From assembly GCA_051362555.1 (NCBI GenBank), contig CM120646.1:18228001-18292000 (forward strand): a DNA stretch of 64,000 bases, read 5' to 3'. The DNA is from Lingula anatina (lineage: Eukaryota; Animalia; Brachiopoda). This document shows positions 25,578 to 39,600 of the stretch, piece after piece. The notes beneath the pieces are model-generated. The model was not told the origin of the DNA and did no database searches. It saw only the letters and a list, made by a program, of their open reading frames with translations. How positions within the stretch are numbered: position 1 is the first letter of the stretch; each line of letters opens with the position of its first letter. The position numbers and the translations under genes are program-made.

Positions 25578-27916
25578 GATCCTAGACAGAAGCAAGCAGG
25601 AGAGTTGACTGACAGACAAAGTAGACTCGATTTCCCGCGGGATGATAGTGTCAAACGCAAACAGAAATTAAAACAAACAAAAAATGATACAAAAGGACCA
25701 CTGATACGATTATTGCCCACATAAAGTAATAATAATAATAATATATTGACCTCTCCAACTACTTTATCATATAATATTGCATTGCATTGTATTGTATTGT
25801 ATTGTAAGTGCTCTCTAACTACTATACCATATGACATTGTTTTGTAGTGTGACAAGAACGCATTCTGACATTTTTCTTTCACACTGCCGTAGTCTTTTTA
25901 CATAATCCTCTTATTCGCCGTCGGTGAAGAAACGGTGAGGAAGTTGCGGATGTGGCGAATTTCTGGCGAAGAAAAGTTCTAAGAAACGGATTTTGATCGC
26001 ACTTTCCATATTTCTCCCCTCAACAGCAAGGTTGTCTTCACTTTATTTCGTCATTCAAAACACTTACCAAACATTTTTTTTGCATATTTGCACAATGGCA
26101 ATGAAAGTAGGTCTTGTTAAACTCCTTGGTCTTAAACCCATTTCCAATGTAAACCTACTTGCTTCATCTCGAATATTGCTGTTTTTTAAAATAAATTTTC
26201 ATAGCATATGATCCAAGTCATAATTTTGCAGTCAATAACAAACTGGTTTATTTTGATACAACAAAACCTCCTTGACGTGTTATTGGGTTGATACTTATCA
26301 AGAGTTGTTATCCACAATCAATTATTAGGAGATATCAGTAAATGATAGGTCCTAGAAAACTTATTAGTGACTTATGGTATCATTCTCTGTATTCAAGAAA
26401 GGCTATCATCAAAGACTGTCACACATGTGCAGTGTGATGGTCAAGTTTATTATGATAAATGGTTTTAGTTTTCTGCAAAGTATCACTGGTAGTGCTATTG
26501 TAATATACATCTCTGGCAGCGATATAAAAGAAGGTAGTGATATAGTAGAAGAATAATATACATCAAAATATGCTTAGGGGCATAGAATCCCCATTTTTGC
26601 TGAGAAAAAGAACGTCCCTTTGGAAATTGCTGGCTGCAAGCCTGCGAATCTTCTACCACTATCAACTGTTAGACATTTTGAAACCAATAACAAACACTCA
26701 ACGTACTCGTAAATGATTTTATTTGTTAATTCTAATAACACAGCTATGTACAAATGCTTCTGATAATAAATAAGACGTTTACAATTATATACAAAGATTT
26801 GTGCTTTCGACACACATTTGTAGCAAAAACAGATATTCACAAATTTTCAGGGGATCCTGTAAATGACCTCCGTTCTTTCTGGAGGTACATTGCATGTAGG
26901 ATATCCCGTGGGATTGGGGGTGGGGATAAAAGTCAATATCCATGGAATACTTTCTTGTCTCTCTGGTCAAAGTTACTTGTCTGGACATGCTAAAATTACT
27001 TTTTAAAATCTTTATTTAAAAGTCTAAAAAGCTGAAAAATAATTTTAAAAAAGAAAAAATATGCTTTAAGACAAATGGTTGAAGGTGTCGACACCTTGCA
27101 TGGAAGAAATATTTTTACTTTTTATGACAGCATCTCAAATGTGTAATCCATTATAAAATCTGTATAATCTAATAATCTCTTGATAAGGAAGGCTTTTCAG
27201 TCAAGGCATACATCAAGCTACTCTCTTTTCAATGTCTTTAAACCTCAAAAATATTTGATTCAGCATGTGCAAGCATAAAAATATGTCATAAAAGCTCAAT
27301 TCATAAAAGCTCAATATAAGTATTATTTTTGTTTCTCTTTATTTTTCCTCCAATGAATCTTGGGGAAACAACATCCTTTAAGGTTAAGAGAAACATAGAT
27401 GGCGTTTTCCTCAACACAAGCTTAACATCTAAGGGTCCATGTTTCTTAGCTCAAATAGCACCACTAATATGTATCATCAGACAGAACCTACACAATCTGG
27501 AGGATAAGCAAGCACATTCCTGGCTATGTGTGCATCAGCTTGGCATCTTGAACCTTATAATACTATGCAACTGGTGGCTGAAAAAATAAGTACAAATATT
27601 TGTTAAGTTAAAGGCACTTTTGAAAATGAAAACAATGTCAATCATAAACTAGGCAGATAAAGTCTAGCACTTTACATTTATTATACGAGTTGACTGCATC
27701 TGTTTTACTTTAAAGTTTAGACTTCAAACATATTTTAGATTTCTCTCTTTTTTGTTTTTTTCTATCAGAATGAACAATCCATTCCACTCTCTGTGATCTT
27801 AACAAAATCCCCAATTAATGCAACGAAAAGTACTATATCCTTTCTAAAAATTGCACCATTACTCAATTAGAAACACCATCCAAAAAAACAAAACAAAACA
27901 AAACAAATCTTTTATA

Positions 27917-30661
27917 TTACATTAAGTTAAACAAAAATGAACTCACATCATCCTCGAGGGAGAATGCTAATGGGTTGGAGCGTATAGACATTCCATTGTC
28001 GCTCAGTTCACTTGGCACACTAGGGGGTGTCTTGGGCGAAGTGGAGAGATTTTTCCATTTTCCGCTACTGGAGGAGTATGAGTTGGTAGACGTGGGACTC
28101 TGCATGTGGGATGATGGCGTCGGGAAATTTGGTCGGCTGTACGATGGGAGGTTTTCCACTACAAAAGGAAGTGGATGATACTCTACAAGAAGAATATCAT
28201 TGCATGTGTGAGATATGTCAGGACATTTTCAACTGATTTCTGAACATGCCATATGTACATTAAAAGGAAACACATTTCAAGCGCTTTATTGGTACTAATA
28301 AAATATTGCCAAAATTATGCATGATGTTCCATTTTATGAGTCTTCAGCAAGGTTTCTCATATCACCATGCATAAAAGACCATTAAGGAATACAAACAGAG
28401 GTTTGTCTCTAAGCTACAGCTCAGTAATTTTATTTTTCTTGGGGCATTTTGAGATTAAAATAAGACGATATAGGAACATCCTTCTGGTAATTTTATTTCC
28501 TAGAATAGTGCAGTTATATAAGTAACTTTGATACTATAGCTTTAAAATTTTACTTGACAGGGAGAAATCTTACCACTTTGGGGCAAAGTGGGCTTGGCCT
28601 TCAAGGGGGGTGGCTTTGGTTTGGTTGTGGGTGGATTGACCTGGTCCCCAGGGGCTGTGTATCTCGGGTATTTAGCAGCTGAAATTATAAACAACAAAAG
28701 GTTTTCAATGCAACCAGACATTGATATACTCATATATCATACTGTTCTGGGGCATATCTCAGTAACACATTAAAAATTTGGCTTTACAAGTGGAACTGAA
28801 TAAATAGCTGAATGGATATGTATTTCTCATTCCTAATTGACCTGAAAATTCAAACTCATTTTAACACCCTATCAGATCTCACCTTGCTCCTGTAACTGCT
28901 TCTTTCTGTTAGCTTTAGGATATGGCTTGTGTTGTACTACACTGAAGTTACTGTCAGTACTGTAGGGGCTGTGGGGTCGATGAGCTGCTGCCCGCTCCCG
29001 ATAGCGATGGCGATTCTTCTTGCCTGGTAAACAAAATTATATTGGTGTTGGCTGGCATACAAGTTGTGTCACGTCTTGTGATTATTATTATTATTATTAT
29101 TATTATAATTATTTTTTTTTTTTGCCTTCAACAAAACCAAAAGGAAACAAGTGAGTTGAATCAGTATTTATTGGCAAAAATCTGTGGTAGTCATGCATGT
29201 TAAACTTTTCTCGTTAGTTTGGTTTTTGCTTGCAGATGTTGATGTTAGATTCTCAAGTCTACTAAATTATTTTACATGCAAGTGAGGTCTATAATTACAT
29301 TAATCGTTAAATTAATTGTTGATGATGAAGAACAAAAAATGTCTTGGAATAATTTGACCAGGCCTTATCCAAATTGGTGTTTACATAAAGTACAAAAATT
29401 ATTATAATGTTAAAAATGAGCATTTTTAAATTGTGAAATCAAAAACTGAAATAAGAAATCTGGAAATGTTCACAAGTTGGAGATCATTTTACTATACACA
29501 AAAAGTCGTTTTGCAAGTTTTTTAACTTATAAATTCTTTTTAAAAAGAAAGGTTCCACTGAATGACATTTTTAGTTCTGGTGTTTTTAAAATCCAAAAGT
29601 GTGCCTCAACAAAGTTTGGGGAGGTCAACATATCATCCTCTGGAGGTCAACATTCATCCCACGGAGGTCAACATTTCATCCTACCTGCTTTGGGGTCAGT
29701 AACTGTGGAACCTACGACCGTGAGACCTGAAAGTTCTGCAGCCTTGGCAACAGCGCTGGCAAAATCAGCTTCTGTGAAGAAAGAGCCATCACTTGAGGTG
29801 GCACTTGATCTACTGGACAGACAGGTGTCACTGTTATCAGTGACACTCGCCCAAGAAGCGAGCATAGAACCTACAATGGTGAACGTTAGTATGGCGTAAG
29901 GGGCAAGCCAAAAACAACTGTCAACTTATTATTATTAATAACAGTACAAAGTGAGGGGGTGCAGTAAAGTGGAACCTTGATTTCGACTATAATCTCTTGT
30001 TGATGTTTGTGAACATTTCCAGATTGTGTGAAGAGTTCAACATCAAAGCAAAAGTAGCATGTGAGAACTGATAAAGCCCAGGTTTACAGTACTGCTCTAA
30101 TATGCCAATACCACAGACCCATGTTTTTCATGGATTTTTTTTTGCAGAAATGACAGTGCAATACATTAAAAGTAATAACACAACAGAGCTGTACTGTACA
30201 CCTAGAGTATAAAGATTAACAAGGTTACACTTTACATACACCACATTCAGAACTGAACATTAAAATGAGTTAAATAAAAGTGAACACTAAAATGTGATAC
30301 AAAAAAAACCAGAGCCTGTGCATAACTTGGAGGACAGGAAAGTCCAGGTTATGGTGTGAGTGTGACGCAGACAAGAATGGGTCTGCAATAACAGGGCTCT
30401 TCTGGTGTTATATATGAGATATTATACAGCCATGCAGAGACTGGTAATAAAATAAAAATAAGTTATAACTAATTTTTAATGGTTTTAATATCTACGAGGT
30501 CTGTGTGTGGTAATTGGGGATCATAAAAAGACCCCATTGGACCCCAGACAATAACCTCTGATGATGTGATTTGGTCATTAGGGTTTAAAACTAGACAGTT
30601 TTATAACATTATAAAATTATAATAAATTCAATCAGTCTGAATGTTTAAAAGACATCAAAAA

Positions 30662-30696
<35 letters not shown>

Positions 30697-33600
30697 AATA
30701 ATCAACTGACAGATATGATCAACATAAGCACATATAACGACAAATGATTTACAGACACATACATACTTTTTTTAATAAGGTTTGCTGGCAGACATGGAAA
30801 CATTGCAGAATTGAACAAATAAAGGACCAATTTATACAAATCATTATGATATTCATAACTTAAGCACAATTACAATGTCATAAGAATGATTAATCGAAAT
30901 TGAATTAAAATCATTGAAAGCTTATAAGGTTTCTAATAAATGGACTTTTTTCTTAGTAAGTTAGAGATTTAGCCATAGCAAATGTTAGAGAACAGTGCAA
31001 ATAAATGAGAAGGCTGATAACAATTAAAAGTGTCAACTGTTAATAGTTAAGGTAATCATCAATATATTACAAGCTACCTGAATATGAATGAGTCTTACTA
31101 CCAATAAAATATATCAAGCAATATCTTTTTAGTGCTAAAAACACTAAAATTAATCCCTCTGCTTGAAAACAAAATTTATACTCCCGAGTAAATGAAAGGT
31201 GTTTGTGTATTTTCCTGAGTGTGTTTACAAGTTTGTAATGTAATGAAAAGCAAGAGACAAACTTAGAAAATGCCTAGGATATGCTTGTTTTTTCTTTCCA
31301 AAATACACAAATATCCATTTCCAGTAATTCTTTTGCCTGAACATCTTTTATTTCATAAATGCTGTTCAAATACCATGCCCAGTGCTCTGGCTGATACATA
31401 TACTAGGTGACATTGGCTTATGTGCATCAACATACCTGTGACACTGCCCTCAGGCTCGCCAATACTGGAATCAGGTGTCCCACAATCCCTCTGATGACAT
31501 GGCGGCTCCATGTCGGAGTCTCCTGCGTAATCTGGCAGCCCCTCAGAGACTGGGGACTCGGGGCGGTAGTCAAGACTGAGCTGAGGGCCTCCGTGGTGAC
31601 CCATTTCTAACCTACAAACAATATCACAAACACTGTAAAGAAGAAAATCTATTCCCTCAACGTTATCAATTTGATTTACAAGTTGAGGAGATGATAAAAC
31701 AGTTTTTTTTCAGTGGAGACTAAAGAAGACCAGTCAAAGACCAAATTATGGTTCACCATCTATCAACCTTGGTCATGTGAATGGTGATTTGGGGACAAGA
31801 CCCTATTTGTTTTATCATTCGGAGAAACCTCCTAAATCATAGTCTAGGTGTATATAAATTGCAAAATATTTTGTAACAACTCCAAAGAGTATTCCTACAT
31901 TATCTCTTCAGTGAAAACTGTTGATCATACGGTAAATGCTAACCTTGCTGACATAGGGGAATGCACCCTCTCATTGGTCAGGCTAGGAAGAGAAGACTGG
32001 ATCCCTCGGTCCATGCACACCCCGGGACAGGATGCTGGAGATATAGGTGAATGAATGGCATACATCCTAACAGGGGGAGTTGGACCTCGATCTGAATCGT
32101 ATCTCCCTCCCATTCCACCACCTCCTCCACCTCCTCCTAGGTCACTTTTATTATGAATAGGAACAAGTTTATATGCTCTCACAGGAGGTGTGGGTCCCCT
32201 CTCGTTTTCACTGGCTGACACCTCAGAGTATGAAGGCGGCTGCTGCTGAGATGACGACTTTGGTGAGTCAGTTCTGTGACGAGGGGACTGTGACATATTT
32301 CTTGCTTGTAAAACCTCGTTATAGTTCCTAGGCGAATGCGTTCTGTGATCACCATTAGCTAACTGCTGAGCTTGTTTACTCTTGGGAGACTGAGACCTGT
32401 AGTCTGAGTCGCTGTACTGTCCGTTCCCTCTCTGGGGATAATTTCTAATAGACCCCGATGAGGCGGGGGACAAAGGGCTGCGTAACTGTCCATAATGCTG
32501 CCCTCTATCATAATACCTCTCATTCTGACCTCCTCTCACAGGAGAGTTCCCCCTACGTGGTGAATCTGGAGGGGAATCTATATCTGTGGGTGGTGGGTGC
32601 TCTGGGGGAGGGGGTAATAAGTCTGCAAAGTTTAAAACGGGCTGTTTACACTGCTGCCCTCTATTTTTTCGATATGGAATTCCATTTTCATCCATGGTGA
32701 ATTCACTTGACTCGCTGTGTGGACTGCCCACTTGATCACTGTAGTGGTAGTGGTCATGAGGTATATCTGAATTCATAAATACACAATTGAAATGAATTTA
32801 CATAAGCAATTTGTCTGTCCAGACATGGCATTTCAGGGAAATGAACAGAAGTTGCCAAATCTTTCAAATAAACAGAAAATAAGACATAGACAATTTATTC
32901 TTAACAAATTTAAGGGTTTTTAATGTACAGGAGCAGGATGCTAATACAAAACTGACATATTTAGAACAAACTTCACAATGAATGCTGGTCTAACTCATAA
33001 GCATTAACATAACAAACAAATATTGTTTCAAGGAAATACACGTGTAACAAGCAGATTATCAGTGAATATTTCCCGGTCTATCTAAGCCCACTGCAAACTC
33101 ATTAGAACACAGCTGGTTTTCATTCTGATGGTATAATTTATATCATGTTGTAAAGTCCCCATTTATTAAATCACAATCTCTATCCCAGATCTCAATATCA
33201 GAATATAAAAATCTATAATTCTGTGCTAAGTGGTTGGTTTTTGCAAAGTAGGTCTCCCATATGTGTTTAACTGAGTTTGCAATATAGGTGATATAATCTC
33301 AATACAAAGAGCCACTGTGCCCCCATCTCCTCCCCACTATCCCCCGCCCCCCTCTGCATTCACTGGGAAATGTTCACCTGTGTTGGGCCTACTGTTGTCC
33401 GTGTTAGACTCACTGCTGATACCTGGCTTTAAGCAGCTGTCACTGGAGCCACTGTGCATCTGAGGATCAATGATGCCCTGTCGAATGGGCCGGAATGCAC
33501 TTTCTGAATGCTGCAGAAAGAGGGGGATATGGAATTAATACTTTCATCCTCTTCAAAGAACAATTCATTGAATGCAATTCTGTCAAATATTTTTTCCTGC

Positions 33601-36600
33601 TTTTTCAGAACAAAAGGGTTATTACTTTTCACCATTTATCCTTTGTTTTTGATTAAGACTTTTAGTACACACCCACATTGTACACTTTCACCTTCAATAA
33701 AAAAGGGAATATCAAATGATACCTACCTGTTTATTTAATATATTATTTGCATTAACTAAGTTTGCTGTTGCATATGGTGTCACATTGAGAGGGTGACCTT
33801 TGTCGTAGAAAGTTTTGATTTGTGGACTGGCGCCATCTATACAGTTGTAGACATTTTCATCGCCTACATTGATGACTTTACTCTGATCTGAGGAGTTTGT
33901 ATGATAATCTTGGTCATTCCCAGAATTCCCTAAAATAATCAGAAACAGCTGCTTTAAGAAAGAAAGTAATTTGTTTCAAAAGATATGAATTCTAATAATT
34001 TTCATACATATTAGTAAATTCTTTTTTCATGTAACTGTCAGAAGAATGTCATATGGGACAAAGAATGATCAAGTTCAACGCCAGAAATACCACACATTCA
34101 TGATTTGACAATGTTAAAAACACATTATAAAATTCAGATAGATAGTATTTAATTTTATCCTGCTTTAAAAACTTGTTCTTTGATATCAGACGCAAAATAC
34201 ATTTAAATCTTAACTGAACACTTTTTGCGTCCAAAGAAAAAACATTGAATTTCACCAATGACTACAATAATGACAACTCAATTCACAGCAAAAATTAAAA
34301 TCGGTCAATAATAAATACGTGTCATGGACAGAAACCACCTGAAGTAGCATTTCACTAAACTAAAACTATACAAATGTACCATCCCTGACTAAGTCTACAT
34401 TAAAGATGCATTTCCAGTCATGTTAGGTACACATATCTCTGTTCCAACATCTTTGGTCTCTATCTGATTAAAATTGATTTACTAAAGGCAGTGAATCTAA
34501 CCCCTCATTTTCCTAAACACCAACATGAGAAGGTTATTGGTATAATGCCTTCAGCTGGGTTTTATATGGCAAGTTAACTTCTCGGACAACCTGCTTGAAT
34601 GGTTAGGACTACCCACATTGACTGAAAATGCTGCTTTATATTAAAAGGAGACCAATTTATCTATAAAGATTATTTCCCCTGGTTATATAGCAAAGCCCCT
34701 TCCAATTAAAAGTCTATTTCAGTTCTCTTTCATTTTTAATGTGTTTCAAAAAGAAATGGAATCACAAATTCATCTTTTATAGCAGCATGCTTTTTCTGGA
34801 AAATTTAAAGTAGAAAATCAAGTACATGTCTTACTACTGAAATTGTTATATGAAGGAGTGCACTGGTGATTGCTTGTTGATGGATTGCCATGGCAACAAG
34901 AGTTGACACAATTCTGATTGTCATGGTGACCAGCAGAAGTGTCCCGATTGGCTAGAATTATCCCAGGAGGAGGAGCCTGTGCCAAGCTGTTTCTGCTGAG
35001 AGTGAAACAAGTGGAATTAATGACAGAAAGAGTGAAATTAAAGATAAAATAAAAGCAGAGCCTAAACCTCTAGTCACAGAATCAGACAGTCCTCTTGCAA
35101 AACAACCTTGGTCTGTGTTATTGCAAAAATACATGTCATTGCATATATGCCTTTATGCACTTGAACCAAAACATTATTTTTTCGTTTTTAATTAGGTCAA
35201 TTCAGTTTGATTGAATGGTCAACCAAGGTCATTTGCAAGAAGATCACCTGACAAATCTTGCTGAAGTTTGAAATATAGAAGCCAGTGGTAAGAATCACCT
35301 TTTTACCATCCTTTTTTAGAGAAAAATGATCTAAATACTTTGTGCATGAAAAAATGCCCTGCTCTTTCTTTCTGTCCAGATATTTGGCTTTTCCCTCAAA
35401 CTTCAGCATTCATAGTTGTGCCAATTCTACAGACATTATCCTACACCTATCCCAAGGCAAAGGTCACTCCTGTAACCTTGAGGCAAAGGTAACTTCCTTA
35501 ACCTGAAGGTCAGGACCGATCCTTTGACCAAACTTACCACCATTTAGCATAATTAACTCCTTCCTGAGTACATCACCATGAACAATATTGGGCATTCTGA
35601 GGGGAGAGCAATAGTTGATTTTATTTCATTTTTACTTCATGGAATTGAGAAACAAGAAGAGGAAATTTAATAATACTTTTAAACATTAGAAATCCTTCAC
35701 TTATCTATTATGTTACAATCTGCACAAAACATGTTCACATACGCACCTATTTGGGTCATTGGCCTTGTGCACTGGTACTGTAAAGAAATGGAACATATTC
35801 AAATATAATCAGTAACAAAGTCTTCCAATGCTTATGTGCCAAAGAAATCTTCACATTTCAACTACTGTATTTGCTAATCTTCCTATACAACATTTCACAG
35901 CTTTATTTTAATCATAAGCAAAAGCAGCATCCAGTGTGAGCTCTCCATATTTTAACATTCACTGAAAGTATAACCGGAGCTCACTTTTTAAAAATCTAAA
36001 ATGCTGTTGCACATACCCATGACAACACTGTTCTTTTGTGCTTTCTTGTTCCTTTTTCTTCTGTATAGCCACACAACAAAGACACACAGCACAATCCACA
36101 GGACTCCACCCACAGTCCCAATAATGGTCGGAAGAAACCAGGGAGGCTGGCCGATTACTAGTGGAAAAGACAAGATATATCTTATTTATAATATTCCTAT
36201 AAGTTTAATAAATGAATATATATTAAGTGAAATGAATAATAATCATAATTATAACAGATGGCATATCATTTATGGTATTCTTGCTAGGTGATCAAAATCA
36301 ATGCAATTTACTGAACATGTGATAGATTTAATCTACTAGATTTAACATACATACAACTCCTGGTTATACCAATTTCTACTTCCTTCACGCAACTACAGTA
36401 TGTAAGGGTGTTAATTTAATAATGGCATCAGACACTGTGCAAAATCAAAGTTAAAATTACTATGTCAGTTGTAAAATTATCAGGGAAATGATTTGAAAAA
36501 AAAAAGCATACCAATTGTTGTGGCCTCACTGACTCGCCCCACCCCAACATCTGTCCTGGCTCCAATCTGTAGTTTATACTCCACCCCGCTGATCAGGTTG

Positions 36601-39600
36601 CCTATCATGTATGACGTGGTACTAGCATTTAGGGTGATGTTACGACTGTACTGAGGATCATCAGCAATCAGAAAAATCTGAAAAAATTTCACAAAAATTT
36701 GATCTGTGTCACTTAGAATGTACCTTTGAATATTGTGGCAGCTACTTTTAGGTTCTTACACAAAATATAAACTAAATAACCTTTCAAGTAAAAGTCTCCA
36801 CCATTTTTGTCTTAACTTACCACATATCCCCTCATGACCCCATGTATGTTCTCTGTGGCAGGTGGCTTCCATTCAACATAGACTGAATTATTGTCAAATT
36901 TCCTTGACATCACTTTCTGGGGAGCAGCAGATGGCACTGAAATGAAAAGGATGAGATACCTTGGATGTGACTAATGTACTCCAGTTCTAACACTGTAATG
37001 TGTATATGTACAATTATAAATTATTTGATCATTTAAAAGAACAAAACCCTTCTAGAGTTTTCACTTCAGACAGCAGATTATCAAAATTTTCAACTTAAAA
37101 AGCTCCCAGAAAATCTAACCAACAATTCTTTTTATTAATATTTATTGAAGACAAACTGTAAATGAGATGAAGAAAAGAAAGTTCACAGTACACAAACATA
37201 ATATTCAAACTCACCATCTTGTTGGGTCTTGATCCGTACAATGTTACTAGCCTGGCCATTCACCGACAAGAAGAACGGCTGTACTCGGATCTCGTACCAC
37301 GTCCACTTTCTAAGGTGTCGTAAGAAATACATAGTAGACCTGCTGCTGGACACGGTCTCTTGGTACCAGTTCTTATAGAAGGAGTTACTGCCCGAGCTGG
37401 ATACCGTTCTCTGAGAGGGATCAACCTCGCGGTATATCACACGAAAGCCTTCTATATATTGCTGGGATTTCAGCACCTAGATAAATGGGGATGGGAATTT
37501 AATTCTATATTAATTAGTGAATATCAGTTTTTCCAGTGTAATATGAAAAATTCATATTAAATTTTTTTGCTATGCTGTAAATACTGACTTTATGATTAAT
37601 CCTGTGGCAAATGACATATATCTTAAAGCAATTAACCTTATTTGCTTCCAGACAATAACAAGATGTCATTTCACATTGAAATTATGGTCTAAAAGCAATG
37701 CAAGGGTGGTGTAGAGAATCACACAATATAAATCATTAGTCAATGGTCAGGTTGCTCAACTCACCGTCCAGGTCAACTTGACCATGGTTGACCCCACAAC
37801 TTCAGGCTCTGACATTCTGACTACATCTCCAGATAACATGTTCTCTATCAGTGGAATATCTATCTGCGTCTCCGTCCGTCTGCTGCCATTGCCCCCTGGT
37901 GACAAAAACATGTACCATCAGACCAATGCGTACAATGATTTATCAATCTTTTTTATTACAATCCACAATATTTTTTATCACAGGTGGTTGGTTTGAGTCT
38001 CAAATTGATTGCCTTCAGTGTTTCACTGCTTCATTATACTTATCTATTACAATCATATTTACTTTAAATCTAAAATTGCTTTTACTTGGTTGAAGCGTGT
38101 GTATATCAGTAAAGTAGTATGACATCACTGAAGTTCGTGAAATGTAGCTTGCCTCAATAAGCACTGTAAATCTTTGTCAAATGCTGAATAAATTCTAATT
38201 TTGTAGAAAATTTCATGTCTACTAAAAGCAATTTTACACCTAATAAGCCCTCTGCCACCATCTCTGTCTGACTTTTGAGAAACCATTTCAAGTTACCGAC
38301 ATAATTTACAGATACTAGTGGTAACTACCTTTGGTCCTTATCACCTCTGTGGTAGGTGAAGGTAGGCTCAGACCATGGCTATTCCTAGCCCGTACTAAGA
38401 AAATATACTTGGTGTCACTCTGAAGTCCATTCACAGTGAATGAGGTGCCACGGATATTGTTGGAGGCCACAATCCATCCCTAGAAGAGGGGGAAGGTGAG
38501 AAATTCAGCAAATTTTGACTTTCCATGTAATGAAAAAAACACAAAATTTTCATTTTGGATTATTGAATATGTTATACTTTCAATATTTGTTTTTTGAATT
38601 GATGTATGTAGTTTTCAATTACAAAAATGAAAATACTAGTAGTTTAAATTCATTAAATTGAGACAACACAATACTTATAATAATAATAATAATAATAATT
38701 GTAGGACCTGTTTTACATCTACTGTTTATAAACAGAAGTCACTTGAACCTGACATCCATCTACTTACCTCTCCCGTTTCATGGCTGAAGTACTCCATAGT
38801 GTAACTTGTCACTGGGGAAGCTCCAGTATTTTCACTTGGTTGCCACGACAACCTGACATAATGCTCATTTATTTCCAGGATGGATGGTTTTGAGGGCGGT
38901 CCAGGAAATGTTGACGCCTCTGGAGTGCGGTGAATGACCGTCGTATGGCTGGCTACTGAGACGAAATTTCATATTACGAAAATGTAAGTTCACAAAATGA
39001 GATGCAGTACAATACAAAAGATAGTCCTAAATTCTGTAGCAATTGGACAAATATATATCAGCCAACTTAAAAATTACAACTAATATATCAATGATAAAAC
39101 TTTGGTGTAAACAATGAAATATGTAGCACATTACATAACAGAAAAATATTCTAAAACAACAAAATTTTTATTTGTTTGAGTGGCTATCATTGTATACAGT
39201 TTACATGCACTTCTTACCCTCTACTGTGAGATAAGCTCCTCTTGTTGTCTCCCCTGTCTCACTGACTGCTTTACACTGATAGTAGCCTGTATCCTCAAGC
39301 CTCAGGTCTGCAAAGTATATCAAACATCAGAGACCATAAAGCTACAAGCAGCTAAATTATTTCATCAGTGGTTAAGACATATGTACATCTCTCCTAACTA
39401 TTATCCTAATTCATTCTTATCCCAGGCTTAGGTATCCTGAGGCAATATATCTGATTCAATGTGAGCAAAAAGTTAAAACTTGGTTAATTCTGGATAAATC
39501 TCTATCCTGGTGGAACAGGAAAGAAGAACTTTCATAACTTTTATCAGAAGTTTGCTAGATTTTGCTTTTTCATTCATAAATCTCTCCTAAAAAATGAGCC

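Noticed and set aside
30327-30382. Exon-like segment in a Robo intron (ttgcag|ACCCATTC...CAA|GTTATG)
   Set aside because: It would enter in phase 1 and leave in phase 0, breaking the frame; the donor is weak.
36355-36440. Possible extra exon between Robo FN3-3 and the TM, where the linker looks short
   Set aside because: The candidate acceptor/donor pairs give a stop or the wrong phase; the model without it is already in frame.
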